Shown here in pieces: positions 1 to 9,844 of a DNA stretch of 64,000 nucleotides. Within the stretch, counting starts at the first letter, position 1. Every line of letters begins with the position of its first letter. Under the pieces are notes generated by a model. The model saw nothing but the letters and a program-made list of their open reading frames with translations, was not told the origin of the DNA and did not search any database. Made by a program: the position numbers and the translations under genes. The stretch is from Candidatus Cloacimonadales bacterium (lineage in GTDB: Bacteria; Cloacimonadota; Cloacimonadia; Cloacimonadales; JAFGVF01): NCBI GenBank assembly GCA_963662585.1, contig OY759729.1, positions 1,600,001 through 1,664,000 on the forward strand, written 5' to 3'.

Positions 1-313
1 TATTTTAAAATAATATAATTCAATGAAGAAAAAACTTACTCAAATCTATCCTATTCATACCCTTTCATTGACCAATAACGCTAAATTAGACAGTTAATAA
101 TTATATCCCTAACTTATTATTATAATTTAAATATCTATTTTACTGTAAGTTAGAACATCTTTTTTACATTACTAATAATTATCTTGACCTATTTAGTTAT
201 TATGTTATTTTTAGTATTGTTGAAAGTAGTTACGATGTCGTTTTATAGCATAAGTGTTAAATTTTGTAGAATAAACTAATTAACAAAAAGTATTTACAAC
301 AAGGATTAAAGTA

Positions 314-859
314 ATGAAATATTTTATGGTTTTGGTTCAAATCTTTATTCTTACCCACTCAATTTCATTTAGTTTGTTTTCGAGTGGAAACTCTTCACAA
401 GTTACGGCAAATAAAATTAATAAAACTAAAGACTATTTTGAAATAGAATATATTCTACCAGAATTAAAACTCTATCCTATTAATTGCCATGAAGAGCTCT
501 CACAAACAATCGATGATTATGGATGCCTCATGACTAAATCTGACACCTTGAAATACTATGGAGTAAGCATCATTACAATACCTAAAACAGATTCACTACA
601 TATTAATAAAGCTGAGAATAAAGCAAAGAATATAGCACTTATGAACGCTCACAAGCAACTTAATAGCAGAGTACACAGCAAAATAGATGTTCATAATAAC
701 ACAACTGAATCTACGGGAATAATAACAAATGACTATTCACTTTTTTTAAACAATGAACACTATAAAAAATTAGCAGTATGGAAATTGAACGATAAAATCA
801 ACATTGCTTACTTAGCATATATAGAGGAGATAACTGATGGAAAAAACTTTAAAGATTAA
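314..859 (+). CDS. Exported hypothetical protein, possibly LPP20-like domain
   Basis: Hydrophobic N-terminal signal. Segment KAENKAKNIALMNAHKQLNSRVHSKI resembles the LPP20 helix-strand pattern. AAGGA RBS upstream. Confidence 0.55.
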   Translation: MKYFMVLVQIFILTHSISFSLFSSGNSSQVTANKINKTKDYFEIEYILPELKLYPINCHEELSQTIDDYGCLMTKSDTLKYYGVSIITIPKTDSLHINKAENKAKNIALMNAHKQLNSRVHSKIDVHNNTTESTGIITNDYSLFLNNEHYKKLAVWKLNDKINIAYLAYIEEITDGKNFKD

Positions 860-3137
860 TATTTCTGCCATATTAAAAAAACTAATAATATTTAGTTTGC
901 TTATAATTATCGTAAATTTATCTGCCCAATCTGATGTTTTTTATCAGTTTAGTGAAGAAGCAGAGAGTATTGAAAAGTACTTAAAAATTGAAAATGACAT
1001 CAAAAGCATATTCTCAAAAGACACTTCATCAATGAATACTATTGATAATACAGAAAGCTTTAATAAGTTTAGAAATACTCACATTAGTACCAGAAATAAG
1101 CTAAGGAATACTCTATTAAATAGCTTTCAGGAAGCATCTTACAACTATTTTAGTACTATATCAAATTTGCAAGACCTGATCAATGAAAAAGATTCTTATG
1201 AAAATTCTAATAATGTGATTAAAGAGCAGATAAAATCTCTAAAAATTAAGGAAAAAACTATCGAGAGATTAATGATAAATGGAAAGCATACTTATAACGA
1301 GAAAGTATCAAATCTTCCAATTTACTGCATTTTTGCTTCGAAAATGAAAATAGACGCTGACTCTACAGCCATATCTCAAAATGTTGAACTACTTCTTCAA
1401 ACTACTAAAAAGACAGAAGAGTTAACCCCAAGTAGAGTTAGTCAATTCCAATACATGAAAGACGATGAACTGCTTAGAAAATGGAGTATTCAAAGTGGGG
1501 CTAAAGTAAAACTTTATGACCAATACCCTTCAACTATTCATATTCAGAATTCAATATTATCTTACTATGTTCTAGAAATATATCCAATACCTTTCAATAG
1601 AGACAATCCTGAAATTGCTGGAATTCAGACAGCACCAAATGAAAATGAATCATTATCTTATCATCAATTTCCTTTTTATATTAAGGATTATAACATCAAT
1701 ATTGATGAGATATCCTTTAAAGAGTTAGAAGATTTAGTTGGAAAAAATAAAATTGAAGAAATATTAACTTACAAAAAGAATTACATTAATAATATAGTTT
1801 CTTGCTTACTAGAGAAATATAATAGTGATTTAAAGCAAAGTTATAAAAACCAGGATAAAAAGCTTTTAACTAGCTTTGTAGAGAGCAAATTAAACTATGA
1901 GCTAGATAAAAACCAAAGTTGGATTAGTTACATTAAAAAAGACCTTCGCGCTCTTAATGATTCTTTAACAATGGTCGGTTCAAAAACACTATTGAGTGAT
2001 CTCTTTGACAATTTGCCCAGTAACCTTAGCTTCCCAAAATGTAATGAGACTAAGGCTGATAACGAAATTACATCAATGAAGAAAATTATTGAGACAAGTT
2101 ATATCGAAAAAAAGATAAAAGAAGAACTCGCACTCGCTCAGGTATTGTATGAGCCTGAAGAAGTTAACATCATTTCTTTTATCCGCAACAACATGAAAAA
2201 AATTAATGATTTAAATCTATCATTTGAAGAGCAAATAGAAGATAATCAAAATGATTTTAATACTAATTATCATAATTGGGAAACAGAAAAACAAAACATA
2301 AACCTTAAGATTCAGGAACTAGAAGAGACTCTAGATACAAATTGTAATAAGATTTCAACACTAGTTAGAGATATTGCAAATACTAGCAAGAGATTAGATG
2401 AAGAGAATCAACTAAGAATATCTAAACAAGAAAAGTTAAATACTTTTAATACTGATTATTATGAATATTATAACTTTATCCATACTCAAACCCATAGTGG
2501 CAACGATTCAATGAATAATTTCCTTAATTCTTTTTCTAATTCCTTTAGACAATTTGTTCATAGATTTGCTAGCTCTATTACCTACGAAAAAATGGTTTAT
2601 CAAGATAGTCTAAATAGCGATGCTATATTTGAGAATTCAACAATTAAAACAATTATTCCTAACTTAATAGGTTATAAAATTATTTCTACCAGCGTTGATA
2701 AAGAAAATAATGTTTATAAAATGAATATTGCTTTCAAATTCCATTTTACCGAGACAGAAAATATTGAAGCAGACATTGAAACAGAAAGATTAAAATATGG
2801 TATTGAGAAACATAAAATAACTCTTATCAACAAAACTAGAAATACAACTATTAATAGGTGGAAATTTTCTAAAGAGTCTCTAATCAATATTCCTCAAGTA
2901 TTCATGGATTCAAGTAATAATTATAGCTATCCTGATTTAAATCAATTACAATCTTTCTTTAGGTTAGTTAAAAACGATGTGAGTATTAAAAATACCATTG
3001 ATACAAAACATATATTTTATGTTAAAGAGTTATACAGTCAGGGAAAAGGTATAAAATGGGATGGTAAATTCATAACTAAAGTTGATTTACCTAAAATGAC
3101 ATCCACCGTTAACTTATTATTAATTAACAAGGAGTGA
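837..3137 (+). CDS. Exported long coiled-coil hypothetical protein
   Basis: 766-aa ORF with signal peptide ending VNLSA-Q and extended heptad-like E/K/N/I-rich stretches. Overlaps the upstream gene; GAGGAG RBS. Confidence 0.7.
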   Translation: MEKTLKINISAILKKLIIFSLLIIIVNLSAQSDVFYQFSEEAESIEKYLKIENDIKSIFSKDTSSMNTIDNTESFNKFRNTHISTRNKLRNTLLNSFQEASYNYFSTISNLQDLINEKDSYENSNNVIKEQIKSLKIKEKTIERLMINGKHTYNEKVSNLPIYCIFASKMKIDADSTAISQNVELLLQTTKKTEELTPSRVSQFQYMKDDELLRKWSIQSGAKVKLYDQYPSTIHIQNSILSYYVLEIYPIPFNRDNPEIAGIQTAPNENESLSYHQFPFYIKDYNINIDEISFKELEDLVGKNKIEEILTYKKNYINNIVSCLLEKYNSDLKQSYKNQDKKLLTSFVESKLNYELDKNQSWISYIKKDLRALNDSLTMVGSKTLLSDLFDNLPSNLSFPKCNETKADNEITSMKKIIETSYIEKKIKEELALAQVLYEPEEVNIISFIRNNMKKINDLNLSFEEQIEDNQNDFNTNYHNWETEKQNINLKIQELEETLDTNCNKISTLVRDIANTSKRLDEENQLRISKQEKLNTFNTDYYEYYNFIHTQTHSGNDSMNNFLNSFSNSFRQFVHRFASSITYEKMVYQDSLNSDAIFENSTIKTIIPNLIGYKIISTSVDKENNVYKMNIAFKFHFTETENIEADIETERLKYGIEKHKITLINKTRNTTINRWKFSKESLINIPQVFMDSSNNYSYPDLNQLQSFFRLVKNDVSIKNTIDTKHIFYVKELYSQGKGIKWDGKFITKVDLPKMTSTVNLLLINKE

Positions 3138-3146
3138 GGTTAATAT

Positions 3147-6100
3147 ATGTTTAAGAAGAAGTATTTAATTCTGTTTGCTATTATAATATCATTGTCTAGT
3201 CTCTTTTCTATCAAATATACTGTTGATGTAATAGAGTATAATAATGTAAGCTATATAAAGATATACAGCGCTTCTAGTGCAAAAAATGAGGACACACATT
3301 TATACATAGACGAAGATGTAAAAGATGATGTTGAGATAAGTAAGTTACCCAAGAATATAGAGGCAGATGGTTATGGAAATTGTATTTTAAGTTTAGTAAA
3401 AGAGATTAAACTGAACTGTACTGTTCATAAAATTAAATCTCCTAAATATCCTGAACACTACTACCTATCAAAAAAGATCCTATCTCCTAATAACAAAATT
3501 AAAATTGGTGTCGTTGATTATGAAGTTATAGAAGAAGTAACTCCAGCAAACTCAACTTTAGCAAACTCAACCCCAACAATAACCACCCCTACTCCTACAA
3601 CAACAGCTAATGCCGTTAAAGAAAAAGCACAGGCTATAAAACCTAGTAAATTTTGGAACAGTTTAATTGAGAATAGTTTAGACCTCTCCATCAATAAAAT
3701 TAAAAATATAAAGCTTGAAAAAATTAAAAAAAACAATCTACCTAATAATTTATTGGTTTGGTATTATATTATAGAACATGAGAAAGATAAAAAGAAATAT
3801 ATTCCTGTAATCTTTGATATTTCAGCTGACTCAGAAATTCGTAAAATAGACTTCTCTTATTTGAAAAATGAACACTGGGCACTTCATCCCTCAGATAAAA
3901 CTGAGAAACCATTAGAGTTAACAATGACCGATGCTCCTTTACCAGAAGATTACAATACTGTGATTAAATCCTTTTATTATTATTTCTATGAACAAAAAGA
4001 AAATGAGGATACAAATAATATTTTTCAATATAAAAGCACCTCGCCCTTTCAACCTAAGATTGCCTTAATAAACATCAATTATGTTGGAATTATTGATAAT
4101 GATCCAAATTTTAAAGATTGTAACTCCAAATTCTTGATATATATATATAATACTAAAAGATATACAACTGAGCAAATATTTAAACAAAATATTAAGTCAA
4201 CTTTTAAAATAAAATTTGACGAACCATCCTTAGATAATAGTATAAAGTTCATATCAGATAGAGATTTAGGTGTATATCATAACAAGACCAAGGTAAATAT
4301 TGCTTACAGAGGTTGGAAAAATATCGATTCTAAAATAACAGAGACAGTTAAAACAAAAATTGATAACTTGATAAAAAGTAAATATCCTAAAGCATTATCT
4401 AAAGATAGTGATTTAGACTATAAATTTAAATTCTCTAATTCTCTTCCAGTATTAGAGCTGAATTTACCTGAAATAGCCCCAACAGAATTAGACCCCAACA
4501 AAACTAATACTTTAATAATTTCACCGAACTTCAACGACTTATCTTTAACTATTCCTATTCCAACTAATCTAATAAGCTTGGTAGATGAAATCAAAAAGAA
4601 CTTATTAGAAGAACTAACAATTAATAAAAGTAAGATAGAGACTGTTGAAAAGAGTGGAGATTCACTGATTATTAAACACAAAACAATGTCTAAAACACTG
4701 GTTTTAGATCTAAAAAAAGGACTTTATTGGAAAGCAAAAAAAATATCTAAAGAGATTAACAGCCAAACAAAAAATATTGAAATTGATATAGATTGGGAAA
4801 ATACAGCTATTTTAGATTTTAACTGGGCTAATCTTGATCCTGAACCACTGAAAATTAAAGAAAATTTCCATACTTTTATAATTAGCAAGTATAAAGGGAG
4901 AATATTTACTCTTACTAAATGGAAAAAGTATATTTTAATTACAGAGGATGAAACAAGTCCCATTGTGATAGACTTGAATCCTGCTCTAGCAGAGCAAATG
5001 ATAGTTACTCAAGCACCTGCTCTTGATAAACCATACCTAATTAGTTATAAATTTAAAACAGTCAAATTAAGCTCTCAACTAGATTCAAATGAATTTTCAG
5101 GTATGCAACTACCCAATAACCTATCTTATAAAATAAGCTATAATGATTCTCAGGTAAATTCTAAAGAAAATTCTTTGGATTATGAATTATTATGCAATAG
5201 TGATTATAAAATAAAAGCTCCAGATGGCTATTTGATAAGTCCATTTGAAGATGGAGAAAAACAAAATTTAATTAACTATAGTACTTCCAACTCCTTGGAT
5301 ACAGAAAAGATCATTCTTTTTGTAGATTTCCAATACGAGACAAAAACGATAAATTTCAAAATTACTGATAAAGAGATAAATAATAATAGACTAACAATTC
5401 AAGTTTCTTACACTGAATATTCCTATAATACAAACTTAGAGTTAAGCAAAGATGAAAAAAAGGGCACAATAAAGATTCCTAATATTATTTCAGATAGAAT
5501 GTTTAACTTTGAGATAATTAACGATTGGGATAGGTATTTTTCACTCTCACGCCAGTCATCATCGCTCAGAAATCCTCAACTGGACATAAAAGTATCTAGG
5601 ATAGAAGAAGATGGTATGCTAACCATTAAATCAAAGATACCTCTAGAAGGATTAAAGTTAAGCTTCCAACCTGATCCCAACTCACCTGAAAAAATATCTT
5701 TTCCCGAACAGACCACTCTAGCTAATAAAGTTGAGATTAAATACCCAGTGAAATTCTATGCTAATCCACAAATTAAAATTGAGAAAAAAAGGGGTTATAC
5801 TATAGATGGAAATCTATATAATACCAATCCTATTATTAAAGAAATAGATCTAAATAAGAAAGAGATTTCTCTTGATATTATCAAATTACCTCCTGTTAAA
5901 TATATCTACATTGATAAAAGTCAGTCTCTTTTTAGTAAGAATAAAGATGATTTATGGTATGGAGGAAAAGTAATTAACGAATGTATTCAAGACTCTATCG
6001 AAGCTGATAGTAATATTCTAGCTAAGGTTTTCTATTCTCAATACCAACATTTGCTACCCAAAGATATTTCTTCAAGTCAAGATTATAAGAGTTTCTTCTT

Positions 6101-6386
6101 AACTGATATACAAATGGGGACAGCAAGCGGTGGATATGAATTACCATTAGTAAATGAATTTATTGAATCATGGAAATCTGACCCAAGAAAAGAGACCCAC
6201 CTTGTAGAATATTCTATATTCTTATCTAATCAAACAGCTTCTTCTCTCCTCTTTGATGATATTATCCTGAAACATTTAGAGAAATTAATTGCTACTAATT
6301 CTATAAAGATATTTATAAAAAGTAGTAAGAAGTTACCTGAAGATACAAAATTTGAAAATATAAAAGACAGCATAATTTATTTTTAA
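3147..6386 (+). CDS. Large exported multidomain protein with Pro/Thr linker and possible C-terminal VWA-like domain
   Basis: 1079 aa, signal peptide, TPANSTLANSTPTITTPTPTTT linker, beta-rich middle, YIYIDKSQS (DxSxS) near the C-terminus. Confidence 0.65.
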   Translation: MFKKKYLILFAIIISLSSLFSIKYTVDVIEYNNVSYIKIYSASSAKNEDTHLYIDEDVKDDVEISKLPKNIEADGYGNCILSLVKEIKLNCTVHKIKSPKYPEHYYLSKKILSPNNKIKIGVVDYEVIEEVTPANSTLANSTPTITTPTPTTTANAVKEKAQAIKPSKFWNSLIENSLDLSINKIKNIKLEKIKKNNLPNNLLVWYYIIEHEKDKKKYIPVIFDISADSEIRKIDFSYLKNEHWALHPSDKTEKPLELTMTDAPLPEDYNTVIKSFYYYFYEQKENEDTNNIFQYKSTSPFQPKIALININYVGIIDNDPNFKDCNSKFLIYIYNTKRYTTEQIFKQNIKSTFKIKFDEPSLDNSIKFISDRDLGVYHNKTKVNIAYRGWKNIDSKITETVKTKIDNLIKSKYPKALSKDSDLDYKFKFSNSLPVLELNLPEIAPTELDPNKTNTLIISPNFNDLSLTIPIPTNLISLVDEIKKNLLEELTINKSKIETVEKSGDSLIIKHKTMSKTLVLDLKKGLYWKAKKISKEINSQTKNIEIDIDWENTAILDFNWANLDPEPLKIKENFHTFIISKYKGRIFTLTKWKKYILITEDETSPIVIDLNPALAEQMIVTQAPALDKPYLISYKFKTVKLSSQLDSNEFSGMQLPNNLSYKISYNDSQVNSKENSLDYELLCNSDYKIKAPDGYLISPFEDGEKQNLINYSTSNSLDTEKIILFVDFQYETKTINFKITDKEINNNRLTIQVSYTEYSYNTNLELSKDEKKGTIKIPNIISDRMFNFEIINDWDRYFSLSRQSSSLRNPQLDIKVSRIEEDGMLTIKSKIPLEGLKLSFQPDPNSPEKISFPEQTTLANKVEIKYPVKFYANPQIKIEKKRGYTIDGNLYNTNPIIKEIDLNKKEISLDIIKLPPVKYIYIDKSQSLFSKNKDDLWYGGKVINECIQDSIEADSNILAKVFYSQYQHLLPKDISSSQDYKSFFLTDIQMGTASGGYELPLVNEFIESWKSDPRKETHLVEYSIFLSNQTASSLLFDDIILKHLEKLIATNSIKIFIKSSKKLPEDTKFENIKDSIIYF

Positions 6387-6395
6387 GGAGTAAAA

Positions 6396-8996
6396 ATGAA
6401 AATCAATATTATTATTTGTTTATTATTAATATGTTTAACAGTCAATGCTTCCCCAGGTCTTGGCAGACTAAGTAAAAATTATAAAGATCCTTTATTCATG
6501 CCCATGAGGTGTTTATCCCTAACCGATGAAAGTGATTTAGATACTTCCGGAGATACAGATAATTCTTTCTGGGTTGTTTTATCTGATAGAGATAATAACC
6601 CCACATATAAATCTAAGAATTGTCAAATACCATCTGATGTTACTGTTAACTTCATGGATGCTTTTTATGTTTGTGATTATTCTGATTATGCTATTGCCCT
6701 AGTAAAAGATGAATTAAAAGATGGTTCTTTTTCCAAAAAGGCTGAATTTTATGGTTGGATACCTAAAGCAAAATTAATTATGTCTCCTTTAACACTTAAA
6801 AATAGTAGTGGAATTACCAGAAAAGGTTTGATAATTAATAGAATTGACAACTTACAAAATGTTCTTGATCCTGACTATATTTTAAGTTTGGCTTTAAAAA
6901 CAAGCCCAGACCCTAACGGTGTAAATTATGAACAGAGTAATGTTTTTTCTATCTACCCTATTTTGAAAACAAACATCAATGATTCAGCTAATAATCTAGA
7001 ACCAGAATGGTTCTTACTATACACCCAACTAGAAATATTTTCACGAGGAAAATTATCAGAAGTTGAAAAAAATAATAAAAAATACGCCTTAGGCTGGATT
7101 CATAAAAATAGTTTAACTACTTGGGATACAAGAATTGCTTTAGAGCCGAATTGGGATATCAATTCTGTGAGACAGAGAAGAGAATACAACTGGCCTGCTG
7201 TTATTTTTAAGGGGGATCAAGAAGCAAGGACTATGAATTTTATTTCTAAATCTGAGCGGGCTGACTTTGTTAAAGATATTCGCTATAGCTACACTTCTAC
7301 TGATCCCTATCAAGATATTGATTTAGATCAAACAAGCATTAGTGAGATATTAGAAAATAATAGACCTGAAGGTAAAATTTTCCGTATTCCTCGTTTAGAA
7401 TATATAGGCAACTATGATAATAACCACTATTTATCCCTCTATGATGTTGGCTTTATTGGAGATGTTACTACGAGACTTCTGGAAGAAAATTCTTATAAAG
7501 CAGGAACTTCAATATCTGCTGAGCTAGAAGCAGAATTAAGAGATAAATTGTTGAATAAAAAAGAAAATCTCTCCAATGTTGATATTGTTTTTGTTGTAGA
7601 TGGAACTAACAGTATGGAAGCTTATCTCAAAGCAGTAAAAGAATCTATAACAAAAATAATGCAAAATTTGACGGAAGATAATAAAACTAACTTTAGATTT
7701 GGAGGTGTTATATATCGAGACAAAGACGATTATATCCCTCACCCTCAAAAGTTAACCAGCAATATAAGCAAAATTACAGACTATTTTACTACTTCTGCGA
7801 CCAGTAACCAGAGCCCTTACCCAGAATTAATGTATCAAGGATTAATTGATGGAATGACAAAAACAGGATTAAATAAAAATCATTTTAATTTATTAATCTT
7901 AATTGGAGATTGTGGAAATCATAGGTTAGAAGGGACTGAAACAAATGGGCAAGTTGAAAAGAAAATAGCTAACTATTTAGTAAGTTATAATTGTAATTTC
8001 ATTGCCTACCAAGTTGCTTATCATTCTAATAGTAAAGGAAAGCAATCTTCAACTGATTTCATAGATCAAAATTCTAGAATTGCCACCTCCCTATATAATA
8101 ATAATCCGGCAAACTCTATTTACCCAGAAACCAATATATCTTACTTGTTAGATGATGGTATTTCCTTGAAAACTCCTGATGCCCACTTGATTGCGACTAT
8201 TTTTCCTTGGACTAGTAATAAACAGAGAAGTAAGAATAATCTTGAGACCTTGATTATAGATGACTTCGCAGAATATCGTAAAACAAATTTAGACATTATT
8301 AATTATATCGAAAATATGCTAAGAGGGAACTCAAACATAGATTCTCCTGCCGAGGGGGATAGAGATATCTCTAACTTAACCAAAGCCTATTTCCAACAAG
8401 ATATTGCCGAAGGTAATGAAAGAAGTGCAATCTTAGCTAGCCTCTTTGAAAACAATATTGAAAGATTCCAAATGTATGTAACTGGTACAATTCAAAATAA
8501 ATTTATCTTAGATAATGGAGCCCTTTCTGAGCCTGTATTTAGAGATGTAATACTTTTAGGCCATGATGAGTTAGCTACTCTAGTAAGTGCTTTAGATACT
8601 GCTACTTCTAAAACAATAAATCAGGATAACCCTAAAAACATTAGAGTAGCAAATGTCTGGATAGAATTCATAAATCTTATTATTGGTGGCTTTTCAGAAA
8701 GTGAAAAACAAAAATTTGCAGATTTAAATGAACGAACTATCGGAGAACTAGTTGAAATTTCTTTTGGAGCAAGAAGTACTAGTGAGTTTGCAAATGTCAG
8801 TATAGAGGAAATTAAAAGCAAAAACCCAGAAAATAAAACAGATATAGAATTTTTAGATAGCTTATTGAATCATTTACAAGAAAAGTCTAACGAACTTAAA
8901 CAGAATATTCTTTATAATCCTGATTATAAATATAGTATCCGTTTAGATGATAAGATGTCTAAATATTACTGGATATCTGTTGATGCCTTACCTTAG
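6396..8996 (+). CDS. Exported VWA-domain protein, TssR-like
   Basis: Signal peptide; N-terminal WVVLSDRDNNPTY; VWA motifs DIVFVVDGTNSM, RFGGVIYRD, PE, LLILIGD; ends YYWISVDALP. Confidence 0.75.
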   Translation: MKINIIICLLLICLTVNASPGLGRLSKNYKDPLFMPMRCLSLTDESDLDTSGDTDNSFWVVLSDRDNNPTYKSKNCQIPSDVTVNFMDAFYVCDYSDYAIALVKDELKDGSFSKKAEFYGWIPKAKLIMSPLTLKNSSGITRKGLIINRIDNLQNVLDPDYILSLALKTSPDPNGVNYEQSNVFSIYPILKTNINDSANNLEPEWFLLYTQLEIFSRGKLSEVEKNNKKYALGWIHKNSLTTWDTRIALEPNWDINSVRQRREYNWPAVIFKGDQEARTMNFISKSERADFVKDIRYSYTSTDPYQDIDLDQTSISEILENNRPEGKIFRIPRLEYIGNYDNNHYLSLYDVGFIGDVTTRLLEENSYKAGTSISAELEAELRDKLLNKKENLSNVDIVFVVDGTNSMEAYLKAVKESITKIMQNLTEDNKTNFRFGGVIYRDKDDYIPHPQKLTSNISKITDYFTTSATSNQSPYPELMYQGLIDGMTKTGLNKNHFNLLILIGDCGNHRLEGTETNGQVEKKIANYLVSYNCNFIAYQVAYHSNSKGKQSSTDFIDQNSRIATSLYNNNPANSIYPETNISYLLDDGISLKTPDAHLIATIFPWTSNKQRSKNNLETLIIDDFAEYRKTNLDIINYIENMLRGNSNIDSPAEGDRDISNLTKAYFQQDIAEGNERSAILASLFENNIERFQMYVTGTIQNKFILDNGALSEPVFRDVILLGHDELATLVSALDTATSKTINQDNPKNIRVANVWIEFINLIIGGFSESEKQKFADLNERTIGELVEISFGARSTSEFANVSIEEIKSKNPENKTDIEFLDSLLNHLQEKSNELKQNILYNPDYKYSIRLDDKMSKYYWISVDALP

Positions 8997-9007
8997 GAGC
9001 TGAAGCT

Positions 9008-9844
9008 ATGAACATAATAGAAGTTACAAAATTATCAAAGAAATTCCCTATCAATGGAGGAGAGTTAGAAGTTCTAAAGATAGAGCAACTAAGCATTCCT
9101 CAGGGTAAAATGATATATATTTTAGGGCATTCCGGCAGTGGAAAATCTACTCTTTTAGAGATTTTAGCCGGTATTCAAGAGAAAACTAGCGGGAAAATTA
9201 TTTTTTCTAATAGTGATAAAAAGCTTGATTATGATAATTTTTCCCTGAATAAGGACCTAGTTATTGATTACCTTAAACATCACATAGCCTTCTCTTTTCA
9301 AAGCTCTAATCTTTTAAGCTATTATACAGTTCAAGAAAATATTGAATTTCCTAATCTTAATAATAATATTCAAACAGGTTATGAAAGTGAGCCACAAAGA
9401 TATCATTTATATGAACATTTAGAAATAGAAGCTATTTTAGATAAACATATCGCAACCATATCAGGTGGTCAAAAACAGCGTGTCTCCCTAGCAAGAGCAA
9501 CCATTAAGAACTTTGATATTTTTTTTGCTGATGAGCCTACTGGAAGCGTAGGGCCTCGCCACGAAGATCCGATTCTAAGCTATATCAAGGAAACAATAAT
9601 TCGAAAAAATAATAAAACAGCAGTTATCGCAAGTCATAACATAAAAAAAGCAATAAAATATGCTGATTTAATTATTATAATTAAAAAGAGTGATGATGAT
9701 TCTCCAGGATTAATTAATGCTTCATCCTCTTTTGAATTAATTGATAATGATTTTTGTAGCAAAGATAAGAAGTATAAAATTTCAAAAGATAATGTTCAAG
9801 AGTTAGAAGAAATTATAATTAGAAAATTAAATGGAGATGATTAA
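9008..9844 (+). CDS. ABC transporter ATP-binding protein (LolD/MacB/TagT-like)
   Basis: Walker A GHSGSGKST, Q-loop FSFQ, signature ISGGQKQR, Walker B IFFADEPTG, H-switch ASHN. Confidence 0.92.
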   Translation: MNIIEVTKLSKKFPINGGELEVLKIEQLSIPQGKMIYILGHSGSGKSTLLEILAGIQEKTSGKIIFSNSDKKLDYDNFSLNKDLVIDYLKHHIAFSFQSSNLLSYYTVQENIEFPNLNNNIQTGYESEPQRYHLYEHLEIEAILDKHIATISGGQKQRVSLARATIKNFDIFFADEPTGSVGPRHEDPILSYIKETIIRKNNKTAVIASHNIKKAIKYADLIIIIKKSDDDSPGLINASSSFELIDNDFCSKDKKYKISKDNVQELEEIIIRKLNGDD

